Under the pieces are notes generated by a model, which saw only the letters and a list, made by a program, of their open reading frames with translations, did no database searches and was not told the DNA's origin. The position numbers and the translations under genes are program-made. This document shows, in pieces, positions 28,290 to 36,827 of a DNA stretch of 64,000 nucleotides (position 1 is its first letter; every line of letters starts with the position of its first letter). The stretch comes from an uncultured Chloroflexia bacterium (GTDB lineage Bacteria > Chloroflexota > Limnocylindria > Limnocylindrales > CSP1-4): the NCBI GenBank assembly GCA_963813535.1, contig CAWEZH010000002.1, forward strand, positions 1,760,001-1,824,000. Direction: 5' to 3'.

Positions 28290-30121
28290 CGGGCTCCTCC
28301 TGCCACGCCGGGGGTCCCGGCCAGCTGCGCATCCCGGTACGACTCCTTGTAGAGCCGACCGTCGGTCGAGATCTCCTGCAACTCGAACCGCTCCATCGTA
28401 ATGGCGTCGAACGGGCAGCGCTTGACGCAGAGTGCGCAGCGGATGCAGCGCTCCTCATCGAGGATCATCGCCCCGCCGTTCTCCCAGCCGTAGGCCTCGT
28501 CGAGCTCCGGGAGGAGGCCCTCCGACTTGAGCGTATTGATGTCGACCATGTGGATGACGCCCTCGGGACAGACATCCGCGCAGGCGCCGCACAGGACGCA
28601 GCGGAACGGGTCGAACCAGATGTTGTAGTTGCACATCAGGCAGCGCGTCGACTCGGCGACGGCGCCCGTCGCGTCGTACCCGAGCTCGACCGGCGTGTTG
28701 AAGTTGACGATCGGGTCGGTCGACGGCATGCGCGCCTGAAGCGGGACCATCGGGATGTGCTGGCGTGGCAGTACGTCGTACAGCTCCGGCATGTCATGGC
28801 GCCACGAGCTCGTGACCTTCACGTTGGCGGCCACACTGACGTCCGCCCGGCCGGCGAGGTAGCGGTCGATGGCATAGGCCGCCTTCTTGCCGTGGCCGGC
28901 GGCCTCGATCAGGGTCGTGGGTCCGGTCACGAAGTCGCCGCAGGCGAAGACGCCCCGGACGTTCGTCGCGTATGTGGCGGGGTCGACCTTCACGCGGCCG
29001 CGGTTGATCTCGAAGCTCGCCTCGACCGGAAGGAACGTGAGGTCGGCCGCCTGCGACACGGCTGGGATGACGGTCTGGGCGGCAACGACGAACTCCGACC
29101 CCTCGATGGGGATCGGCGACCGACGTCCCGAGGCGTCGGGCTCGCCCAGCCGGTTGCGGATGAAGCGGACGCCCGTGACCTTGCCGTCCTCACCGAGGAC
29201 CTCGATCGGGCTGGCGAGGAACTCCATGCGAACGCCCTCGCGCTCGGTCTCACCGAGCTCCTCCTCGTCGACGACCAGCTCGGAGCGCGTGCGTCGATAG
29301 GCGATGGTGACGTTCTCGGCACCGTGCCGAAGGCTGGTCCGCGAGCAGTCCATCGCGGTGTAGCCACCGCCGATGACGACGACGTCGTTGCCGACTTCGA
29401 TCGGTTGACCGAGGTTCGCCCGCTTCATGAAGTCGACGCCGTAGTCGACACCCTCGAGGTCGGCGCCCGGGATGTCGAGAGCGACCGCGTCCATGGCGCC
29501 GGCCGTGATGGCGATCGCGTCGAAGTCGCGCTGCAGCTCCTCGAACGGAAGGTCCGGCCCGACCGACGTGTCGTAGACGAACGTGACGCCGAGCCGCTCG
29601 ACCAGCCGGACGTCCATCTCGATGGCCTCGCGCGGCAGCCGGAACGCGGGGACGCCGATGAGCATGGTCCCGCCGCCATACGGAAGGCTGTCGAAGACCG
29701 TGCACCGATAGCCCTTCACTGCGAGCTCGCGCGCGACGGCGAGTCCCGCCGGGCCGGCGCCCACGATCGCGACGCGCTCCTCGCGCGGCGTGATGTCGGG
29801 CATGACGTCCGGGATGCCCGATGCCTCGTGCCACTCGACGAGGAACCGCTTCATGGCCCGGATGGCGAGCGGCCGATCGATATCACCGCGGCGACATGCC
29901 CGCTCGCACGGGGCCGAACAGACGTACGAGCACATCGCCGCGACCGGGTTCGGCTCGCGCGACAGGATGTACCCCTCCTCGAACCGCCCCTCGGCGGCGA
30001 GATTGAGGTAGCCGCGGCAGTTGGTGCCGACCGGACACGCTTCCTGGCACTCGATGTTGCACTGCAACCAGGAGGCGTCGACAGGCTGGACGAGGAATTC
30101 CTGGGCGGGATCGATTGCCAA
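28286..30121 (-). CDS. GltD/NfnB/DsrL-like NAD(P)H:acceptor Fe-S flavoprotein with C-terminal 2x[4Fe-4S] ferredoxin
   Basis: CxxxCxxxCP, CSYVCSAPCERAC, GAGPAG, GGGYTAMD, YRRT, GDFVTGP, RCLMC, CVLCGACADVCP, CIRCALCVKRCP; TTG start after SD GGAAAGG. Confidence 0.9.
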   Translation of the reverse strand: MAIDPAQEFLVQPVDASWLQCNIECQEACPVGTNCRGYLNLAAEGRFEEGYILSREPNPVAAMCSYVCSAPCERACRRGDIDRPLAIRAMKRFLVEWHEASGIPDVMPDITPREERVAIVGAGPAGLAVARELAVKGYRCTVFDSLPYGGGTMLIGVPAFRLPREAIEMDVRLVERLGVTFVYDTSVGPDLPFEELQRDFDAIAITAGAMDAVALDIPGADLEGVDYGVDFMKRANLGQPIEVGNDVVVIGGGYTAMDCSRTSLRHGAENVTIAYRRTRSELVVDEEELGETEREGVRMEFLASPIEVLGEDGKVTGVRFIRNRLGEPDASGRRSPIPIEGSEFVVAAQTVIPAVSQAADLTFLPVEASFEINRGRVKVDPATYATNVRGVFACGDFVTGPTTLIEAAGHGKKAAYAIDRYLAGRADVSVAANVKVTSSWRHDMPELYDVLPRQHIPMVPLQARMPSTDPIVNFNTPVELGYDATGAVAESTRCLMCNYNIWFDPFRCVLCGACADVCPEGVIHMVDINTLKSEGLLPELDEAYGWENGGAMILDEERCIRCALCVKRCPFDAITMERFELQEISTDGRLYKESYRDAQLAGTPGVAGGAR

Positions 30122-30364
30122 GCGGGGCGTGCCTTTCCGTGAGGTGGTCGGGCGCGACGTGATGATCGGCGGGCGCCGACGGTCCGAATCTACCATCGGC
30201 CTCGTAAGCGCTGCAAAACGGGATGACCGGCGCGCGCTCCCTCGGGCGCCCACCGGCGATCGCCGCGACGGCCGCCGGAAAGTTGACGTTCGCTACGATC
30301 CGCAGCTACGCTGCGGACCGCACGTGCTCGGTGAGGAGCACGATCGGATGGAGTTGGCCACGGC

Positions 30365-32140
30365 GTGACCGGGAGCGAGCTCGCCTTCCTGGCGATAGGG
30401 CTGATCCTGGGCGTTGCCGCCTGCGCCGTGCTGATCGCGATCCTCCGGTCGCTCCTTTCGCGTCCGCGTGGTGTGCGTGTCACGGTGGTCCCGGATGCCG
30501 TCCCGAGGCGTCGCCCCGCGACCCTCGCGAACGACGCCTTCACGGAATCCCCGACCGCCGCTCGCCCGGCCTTTCGCGGTCCGGCAGACCGCCGCGGGTA
30601 CGCCGACGAGTCCGGCGGCTCGACGCCGGCGACTCGAACGCCTGTTCTCCCACCCCAGCCCGGGACGATCATGGAGCCTGCGTTCCGACTGGTCGGGCCC
30701 TCGTCGGACGTCCAGGGTCCGGTACCGGCGGCGGGGCAGGCACGGATCGCGACGGCACAGGGAGTCCCGGTCGCGACCGGGATCGACCCGATGCTCACGG
30801 CCCTGCGAGCGAGCGCCGACGCACCCGACTCCCCGGCGGGCGGGGGGCCAGGTGACAGCGGTGCCTTGGTCGGCGCCACCGTCCGTCCGCTCGCGCTGGC
30901 GTCGCCGGCTTCCAGCGCACGCACGCGGACCGCGAAGCCAGGTGACCGATCCGCGTCGAGGACGGCCAAAGCTGCCGCCACGGCGACGATACCGACCACC
31001 CCAGGCACGCCGACCGATGCAGGGGGCGGACCCTGCGGCGATGTGCGCCGTCTCGCCGACGAGCGCTGTGAGCTCGCCACCCGGGCGCGCGCCCAGGCAG
31101 GCGAAGCAGAAGAGGTGCATCGAGTCGCCCGACGGGCGTACGACGCGAACGCAGCGGAGATGACCGCGGCAGCCGCGGCCGTGGACGCGCGAAGTGTCCG
31201 CGACGAGAAGGACTTCGTGCAGGCCAGGTTCCGCGCGGGCCGGGCCGGCGCCCGAACGGCCGAAGACATCGAGGCGGCGGCCCGAGACTGGCTCCACGAG
31301 ATCAATCGGATCAACGCCGGCACCACCGACGCGACGGCCACCCTGCAGAGGACGCGGGCGGAGGCGCCCGAGATGGGCGCCCAGCTCGAGCGGACGGCAC
31401 TCGCGCTGGACCACGCACGGCTCGGGGCCGAGGCTGCCGAGGCGGCATGCCTGGCCGCGCGCCAGGCGCTCGCGGAGTGCGAGGAGCGCGCCGCCGGTCG
31501 GACGCCGAGCGCAGTACCGACCGGGCCCGGACCGGATCAGGACCGGATCGACACGACATCCGACACCCTCATCGCAGCGCTCCGAGCCGGTGCGTCGCCG
31601 AGGATCGTGCGGCTCCTCGGCGGCGATCGTGACGCGATGCATGAGGCGGTCAATGTCCTGGCCGGAGACGATGCCACCGAGCGCCGTCGCTGGCAGGTCG
31701 CGATGTCCGATCTGGTCGATGCCATCCTCGCCGACGCGATCGCGGCGTCGGCGCTCGAGTTCCCGGCGGATCATCCGTTCTGGGGGCCGTTCAGTCGGAC
31801 GCAGGCGCGCGACATCGCTGCTGCGCTGTCATCGCTGGGCTACCGGTTCGACGGCCTTGGGGGCTGGGTCGACGATCGGCACCCATCCCAGCGTGACCTG
31901 TCGCTGGCGCTGGGCTATGCCGGCCTGGACCCGATGCGGATGCGCACGTGGCCGAACGACGCCGAGATGGCAGGCCTGTTCAGCGAGGTCCAGGTCGCCG
32001 CGACGGAACACCTGGCGAGTGCCGCGGGCGACCTAACGCTGGGCGAACTCGTGACGATGCTCGGGCGACGAGCCGATGGCCTGGCCGAGATCTGGAACGC
32101 CTGGGGTCGCGTCCGGCCCGTCCTCCTCGACGGGTCCTGA
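30365..32140 (+). CDS. Hypothetical membrane-anchored protein with Pro/Ala linker and coiled-coil
   Basis: Long ORF with an N-terminal TM helix, Ala/Glu/Arg-rich helical middle and a globular C-terminus. Confidence 0.7.
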   Translation: MTGSELAFLAIGLILGVAACAVLIAILRSLLSRPRGVRVTVVPDAVPRRRPATLANDAFTESPTAARPAFRGPADRRGYADESGGSTPATRTPVLPPQPGTIMEPAFRLVGPSSDVQGPVPAAGQARIATAQGVPVATGIDPMLTALRASADAPDSPAGGGPGDSGALVGATVRPLALASPASSARTRTAKPGDRSASRTAKAAATATIPTTPGTPTDAGGGPCGDVRRLADERCELATRARAQAGEAEEVHRVARRAYDANAAEMTAAAAAVDARSVRDEKDFVQARFRAGRAGARTAEDIEAAARDWLHEINRINAGTTDATATLQRTRAEAPEMGAQLERTALALDHARLGAEAAEAACLAARQALAECEERAAGRTPSAVPTGPGPDQDRIDTTSDTLIAALRAGASPRIVRLLGGDRDAMHEAVNVLAGDDATERRRWQVAMSDLVDAILADAIAASALEFPADHPFWGPFSRTQARDIAAALSSLGYRFDGLGGWVDDRHPSQRDLSLALGYAGLDPMRMRTWPNDAEMAGLFSEVQVAATEHLASAAGDLTLGELVTMLGRRADGLAEIWNAWGRVRPVLLDGS

Positions 32141-32161
32141 ACCGCCTCGTCACGGCTCGAC

Positions 32162-32974
32162 CTAGCGGCCGGTGAGGTCCTCGGTCACCTCGCCATCCGA
32201 GGCAGTCTCGGCCTCCTCGGCGACATCGTCGGGCTCGTCCTCGTCGATGACGATGAGGCGCAACGCCTCTGCGGCAGCCGCGCCGATGGGCTCACCCTCC
32301 TCGGCGGCCCAGGATCGGATCCGCTCGTTGAGTCGCTCCGGCTCGCGGATCTGGCTGCGATGCTCGGCCAGGGCTGCCAGCTTCCGGTCGAGCGTCTCGC
32401 TGATGTCGACCCAGACGTCCGGGCGTTCCGACCAGAAGAGGTACAGGCGGCGCACGGCGTGGGCGGCGAGACCGCGCCGTGCGAGCGCCGGAAAGGCCAT
32501 CGGGTTGCGGGAGGCCGGATACACGGCGTCGACGGCGGCGATGCCGGCGGCTCGATGATCGGTGTGGTTCACGCCACCGCCGCGGTGGAAGACGGCCTCG
32601 GGGTCGGTGCACAGGACCGCGTCGGGCCGGAACGTCCGGATCTCGCGGACGAGCTGCTCGCGCAGCGGCAGGTCGTTGGCGAGTGCCCCATCCGGCTGGT
32701 GCAGGAAGGTCACGCCTTCGTAGCCGATGACGGCCGCAGCGGCGCGCTGCTCGCGCTCGCGTACCGCGGCGAGCTCGAGCGGGTCGGCGTCCGGGTCCTC
32801 TCCGCCCTGGTCGCCGGAAGTGCAGCACACCAGCCAGCCGCTCGAGCCGGCGTCGATCCAGCGCGCTGCCGTGCCGGCCGGGCCGAAGTCGGCGTCGTCG
32901 GGATGCGCCGCGATCAACATGAACCGCCCCGGCCGCCAGTCATGGGCCGTCGTGGGCTCGCCCGACGTCGTCAT
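32162..32974 (-). CDS. PIG-L/LmbE family deacetylase
   Basis: AAHPDD, TSGDQG, HTDH, HRSQ. Confidence 0.92.
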   Translation of the reverse strand: MTTSGEPTTAHDWRPGRFMLIAAHPDDADFGPAGTAARWIDAGSSGWLVCCTSGDQGGEDPDADPLELAAVREREQRAAAAVIGYEGVTFLHQPDGALANDLPLREQLVREIRTFRPDAVLCTDPEAVFHRGGGVNHTDHRAAGIAAVDAVYPASRNPMAFPALARRGLAAHAVRRLYLFWSERPDVWVDISETLDRKLAALAEHRSQIREPERLNERIRSWAAEEGEPIGAAAAEALRLIVIDEDEPDDVAEEAETASDGEVTEDLTGR

Positions 32975-33007
32975 CGCGCGGGTGCGATGACGGTGGCGCG
33001 TGACTGG

Positions 33008-33128
33008 CGCAGCAAGGTACTCTCCTTGCGGCCCTTATGGCGTGCGCGTACGCTTGCGGCCGAGGCTTCGCTCGTCTCCCCCCACGAGCGAAGCCTCTTG
33101 CATGCCTGGGACCCTGGCATGCGCTCCC
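33008..33128. other. Multi-hairpin structured intergenic element
   Basis: Stems 33012-17/33024-29, perfect 14-bp 33062-75/33084-97, and 33100-06/33116-22. Confidence 0.55.
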
Positions 33129-33611
33129 TCATGCAGGTGCGGTCTGGAGCTCGTCGAGCGCCGTCAGGACCGCCGCCGCGTGCCCCTCGGGCTTCACCTT
33201 CTCCCAGACACGCGCGATGCGTCCATCGGGATCGACCAGGAACGTCCGCCGCGCGGTGCCCATGTAGGTCTTGCCGTAGTTCTGCTTCTCGACCCACGAG
33301 CCGTAGGCATCGGACACGGCGTGGTCCTCGTCGGCCAGCAAGGTGAACGGCAGGCCGAATTTCTCGCTGAACTTGCGCTTGCTCTCGGCGCCCTGCGGAC
33401 TGATGCCCCAGACGTCCGCGCCACGCTCGGTGATGGTCTCGTTCGCATCCCGGAACTCACACGCCTCGACCGTGCAGCCCGGCGTGTCGTCCTTGGGATA
33501 GAAGTAGAGGACGGTCCATCGGCCGCGCTGGTCGGCCAGGTCGTGGACGGTGCCCGTTGCGTCGGGAAGTGCGACCCGCGGAGCGCGGTCGCCGACGGCC
33601 GGGATGCTCAT
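33129..33611 (-). CDS. bcp: Thioredoxin-dependent thiol peroxidase
   Basis: LYFYPKDDTPGCTVEAC, RTFLVD, VKPEGHA. Confidence 0.95.
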   Translation of the reverse strand: MSIPAVGDRAPRVALPDATGTVHDLADQRGRWTVLYFYPKDDTPGCTVEACEFRDANETITERGADVWGISPQGAESKRKFSEKFGLPFTLLADEDHAVSDAYGSWVEKQNYGKTYMGTARRTFLVDPDGRIARVWEKVKPEGHAAAVLTALDELQTAPA

Positions 33612-33613
33612 GG

Positions 33614-34306
33614 TCAGAGCGTAGCAGGGGTCTCCACGACGAGGAGCCGGCCACGCTCCACGCTCACGGCACAGGTCGGTGAGATCCGCCGGTTCGAGAG
33701 CCCGCGCGATCTGCCGACCAGGAGCGTCTCCCCGTCGAGCGGGTAGGCCAGGCCCGTGGTCGTGACACCGATCGCGTCCGCACCGACCGGTAGCAGCGTC
33801 ACCAGGTCGCCGGCACGGCCCGTCAACTCGACCGACGCCGATCCCCCACCGTCACTCGTCGTCTGGAGCAGGCGGATCCGGACATCCGCAGCGACCAGGC
33901 GGACGTCGACATCGTGTAGCTCGGGCAAGGTCAACAGCGCGAGGTTTGCCAGCGCATGGTCGAGGCGCGGACCGCCGAGCGCACCGAGGATGGCGATCGC
34001 CGACGGGCGACCGGCAAGGGCCGCTCGCACGGCGAGTTCCGTATCCGATTCGTCCTTGTCGAATGGCGCCCGCTCGATGGGGACCCCTTCGGCCTCGAGG
34101 GCGGCGATCCCCTCCTCGCCGAGCGAGTCGCCATCACCCACCCAACGATCGATCCGGAGTCGCAACGACGGGGCGTGTCGCGCTCCACCGTCCGCCGCCA
34201 CGACGTATGGATCGTCCGCACACCAGCCGGGCCACGCGACATCGATGGCTTCGCGCGGACCGACGGCGCCGTCGGCGAGGACGATGGCCTGCGCGCTCGA
34301 GTCCAT
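33614..34306 (-). CDS. thiN: Thiamine diphosphokinase
   Basis: AADGGA, VGDGDS, KDESDTELA, GGPRLDH, GLAYPL, GLSN. Confidence 0.92.
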   Translation of the reverse strand: MDSSAQAIVLADGAVGPREAIDVAWPGWCADDPYVVAADGGARHAPSLRLRIDRWVGDGDSLGEEGIAALEAEGVPIERAPFDKDESDTELAVRAALAGRPSAIAILGALGGPRLDHALANLALLTLPELHDVDVRLVAADVRIRLLQTTSDGGGSASVELTGRAGDLVTLLPVGADAIGVTTTGLAYPLDGETLLVGRSRGLSNRRISPTCAVSVERGRLLVVETPATL

Positions 34307-34355
34307 GGCGTGGATGCTAGCGGTCCGCTATCGGCCCGATGCTAGACTCCGGCCC

Positions 34356-34973
34356 GTGCCCGCCCCGATCGACCACCCCGCAGTCCGACGCGTCCTCGCC
34401 GCCGCAGAGCGCAAGGGCATCGACCTCGAGGTCGTGACCTTCGACGAGTCGACCCACACCGCCGAGCAGGCGGCAGCGGCAGTGGGTGGCGAGCTCGGCC
34501 AGATCGTGAAGTCGCTGGTATTCGTCGCCCCGTCCGACGACGGCCTCGATCCGATCGTCTGTCTCGTGTCCGGTCAGAACCGCGTCGACGTCGCGCGGCT
34601 GGCGGCCGTCACGGGCGAGCCGGACATCCGCCGGGCGACCGCCCGAGAGGCGAACGACCTCGTCGGCTTCACCATCGGCGGCATCCCGCCGATCGGCTTC
34701 GAGCGGACGATCCGCGTCGTCATGGATCCGGACCTGGGCCGCTACGCCACGGTGTGGGCCGCGGCCGGGTTGCCGACGGCGGTCTTCGAGGTGCCGCCGG
34801 CCACGCTTCGGACGCTCGCCAACGCGACCGTCGCCCCGATCTCGGAGGATCGCCGCGCGGCCGATGTGGACGCCGAGGCTGCGCAGCCGGTCGGGCAGGA
34901 TGCGGGCCACTCGATCGACGCCGACGCCGATGACGGCGCAGCGTCCGGCCGACTCGCTTCGACGGGAGCGTGA
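34356..34973 (+). CDS. YbaK/EbsC family aminoacyl-tRNA deacylase
   Basis: THTAEQAA, QIVKSLVF, GFTIGGIPPIG, VWAAAG; GTG 7 nt after TAGACT. Confidence 0.9.
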   Translation: MPAPIDHPAVRRVLAAAERKGIDLEVVTFDESTHTAEQAAAAVGGELGQIVKSLVFVAPSDDGLDPIVCLVSGQNRVDVARLAAVTGEPDIRRATAREANDLVGFTIGGIPPIGFERTIRVVMDPDLGRYATVWAAAGLPTAVFEVPPATLRTLANATVAPISEDRRAADVDAEAAQPVGQDAGHSIDADADDGAASGRLASTGA

Positions 34974-35569
34974 CCGGAGCCACCGGAGGGAGCCGATCGG
35001 CGCCCGAGCCGCGCAACGCGTCGATCACCTATCCGGGTGGTCTCCGCGCTCGCTGGCGATGGGCAGGCAGCGGTCAGGCTGCCGCGGTGTTCGCCCTCTC
35101 GGAATCCGGCGGTACCCTCGTCGACCTCGGTGATCGGGTGAGTGCCGATCCGGATGCGCTGTGCCGCGCCGAGCTCCGGCTGGAAGGTCCCCGTGGATCG
35201 TGGTCGGCACGCTTCGCATCGACGATCTTCGACGAGCCCCGGGCGCTCTACTGGGATACCGAGGGGCTGCTGGTCGTGTCCTACGGCTTCCATACCTATG
35301 GACTCGACGCGGTGAGCGGGAACGCGGGCTGGGAGCATCGCTCGGCGACACCGATCGTCGCGCTCCTCGGCTCGCCGCGGTTGCGGCACGTCATCGTCCA
35401 GTCCGAGATCGAGACGTTCGCCCTCGAGCCGGATGGGAGCGTCGGCTGGCGGGTCGCGCACTCGGACGTCGTCACGGCGGCCGAGCTCGTCGGCGGGAGA
35501 TTGGTGCTGACCGGGTTCGACGGCCAGGTCAATTCGCTCGACCCGGCGACCGGTCGATCCGCGGCCTGA
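34970..35569 (+). CDS. Hypothetical protein, partial PQQ-like beta-propeller repeats
   Basis: GLDAVSGNAGW, ALEPDGSVGW, SLDPATG repeats; GTGA overlap with ybaK. Confidence 0.7.
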   Translation: MTGATGGSRSAPEPRNASITYPGGLRARWRWAGSGQAAAVFALSESGGTLVDLGDRVSADPDALCRAELRLEGPRGSWSARFASTIFDEPRALYWDTEGLLVVSYGFHTYGLDAVSGNAGWEHRSATPIVALLGSPRLRHVIVQSEIETFALEPDGSVGWRVAHSDVVTAAELVGGRLVLTGFDGQVNSLDPATGRSAA

Positions 35570-35584
35570 CGCGCGCGAGTCAAC

Positions 35585-35689
35585 CGTGGACGGCCTGGCC
35601 GCTGTGGACGAGTGGTGGATAACTCGGTTGGGCGGAGCTACATTCGTGGACGACCGCCGTTGACCCCGCCCGCGCCGCCCCCGTAGCGT
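35585..35689 (+). promoter_or_regulatory. Four co-oriented DnaA-box-like sites followed by a sigma70-type promoter
   Basis: CGTGGACGG 35585, TGTGGACGA 35603, GGTGGATAA 35614, CGTGGACGA 35645; TTGACC(35660)-N18-TAGCGT(35684). Confidence 0.55.
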
Positions 35690-35695
35690 ATCGGT

Positions 35696-35778
35696 CAGCC
35701 CGGAGGGGCCGAACGATACTAACGGCGGAGATCGCATCAACGCCCACGTGTCGTGGAGGTTCCTTCGGGCCCTTCCAT
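35696..35778 (+). ncRNA. Candidate small structured RNA (~80 nt)
   Basis: Directly after the promoter; nested stems GGAGGGGCCGAA/TTCGGGCCCTTCC, ACGATAC/GTGTCGT and GGCG/CGCC; no credible ORF. Confidence 0.45.
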
Positions 35779-35817
35779 GCCCGGGGCCAAACCCGAGCAG
35801 CGGGTATAGTCGCCGCC

Positions 35818-36717
35818 GTGACACCCCTGATCCCGATCGCCGTGGGCCTGGTCGCGCTCGCCGTCGGGATCGCGATCCTCCGCTCGTTCGGACCGCGCTT
35901 CCGCGTCGGTCGGATCCTCGCGGTGGCCCCGGTCGTCTCGATCGCCGAGGCGCGGGCGCTGGCCGACGGGCCGCCCCGGTTCATCGCGATCCAGGGCCGC
36001 ATCGACGCCGAGGACGAGTTCGAGGACGAAGCGCATCGACCGCTCGTGCTCCGGCGCGTGCGGATCCAGCTGCGTCAGCGGGGTGGCTGGGCCACCATCG
36101 ACGAACAGCGCCAGGCGGTCGACTTCGAGGTCCGCGAGGGTCTCGACGCGATCGCCATCGACCAAGCGTCCCTGGGTGACGGGCTCGTCGTGCTGCCGCG
36201 CGAGTCGAGCGGGACGGCTGGCGATGCGCCGGACCGCGTCGCACCGGACACGCCCCCAACGACGCCGCTGCGTCTGCGGATCGAGCAGGTGTCGTCGGTG
36301 GAGCACGCGCTCGTCGCCGGCGTGCCGACAGCGGACACGGCGACGGGCGCCATTCGCATGACGGCCGGGCTCGGGCGACCGCTGATCCTGACGACGCTTG
36401 CCCGCGACGAGGCGATGCGGGTGCTCGCTGCGGACGCGCCGCGCCGACCGATGCTCGCCGTCATCGCCCTCGTGGTGGGCATGATCAGCATCACCGTGGG
36501 GCTGCTGTGGGCCGTGGCTGGGGCCGTGACGCGCACGGCGCTCGCCGCCTCACCCGATCCGAGCGGCGTCCTCGGCGGTGACCCGCGCAGCAGCGGCGAG
36601 GGACCCGGTCTCGTCGGCGACCCGCTGATGGCGATCGTGCTCGTGCTGGGGATCGGCCTCGGCACGGTGCTGGCGACCCTCGTCTACGTCCGGTTCACGG
36701 GTGGCCGGCGCAGCTGA
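35818..36717 (+). CDS. Hypothetical membrane protein (possible GIDE-like domain)
   Basis: N-terminal TM, soluble domain, two C-terminal TMs; leaderless TATAGT-N7-GTG. Confidence 0.72.
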   Translation: MTPLIPIAVGLVALAVGIAILRSFGPRFRVGRILAVAPVVSIAEARALADGPPRFIAIQGRIDAEDEFEDEAHRPLVLRRVRIQLRQRGGWATIDEQRQAVDFEVREGLDAIAIDQASLGDGLVVLPRESSGTAGDAPDRVAPDTPPTTPLRLRIEQVSSVEHALVAGVPTADTATGAIRMTAGLGRPLILTTLARDEAMRVLAADAPRRPMLAVIALVVGMISITVGLLWAVAGAVTRTALAASPDPSGVLGGDPRSSGEGPGLVGDPLMAIVLVLGIGLGTVLATLVYVRFTGGRRS

Positions 36718-36763
36718 CGCGTTGTCGGGTGCCGGGTCGCGCGTGCACCGGACCTTCGGACTA

Positions 36764-36816
36764 TTGGCAAGAACTGTGAGAACGGTAGGCTCGGGCCCGT
36801 GGACTTCACAGTTCTT
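36764..36816 (+). promoter_or_regulatory. Promoter with an 11-bp inverted repeat (operator-like)
   Basis: TTGGCA-N16-TAGGCT; AAGAACTGTGA (36769-79) ... TCACAGTTCTT (36806-16); AGAAC repeated at 36770 and 36779. Confidence 0.55.
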
Positions 36817-36827
36817 CCATACGAGGG

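Noticed and set aside
32995-33115. ZTP (pfl) riboswitch, suggested by CGTGACTGGCG ... GCCTGGG
   Set aside because: Lacks the GTGG/CCAC-GGGGAGC core and a proper P3; it is on the + strand while both flanking genes are on -
35585-35689. Chromosomal replication origin
   Set aside because: Only four mostly degenerate boxes, no AT-rich unwinding element, no dnaA/dnaN nearby
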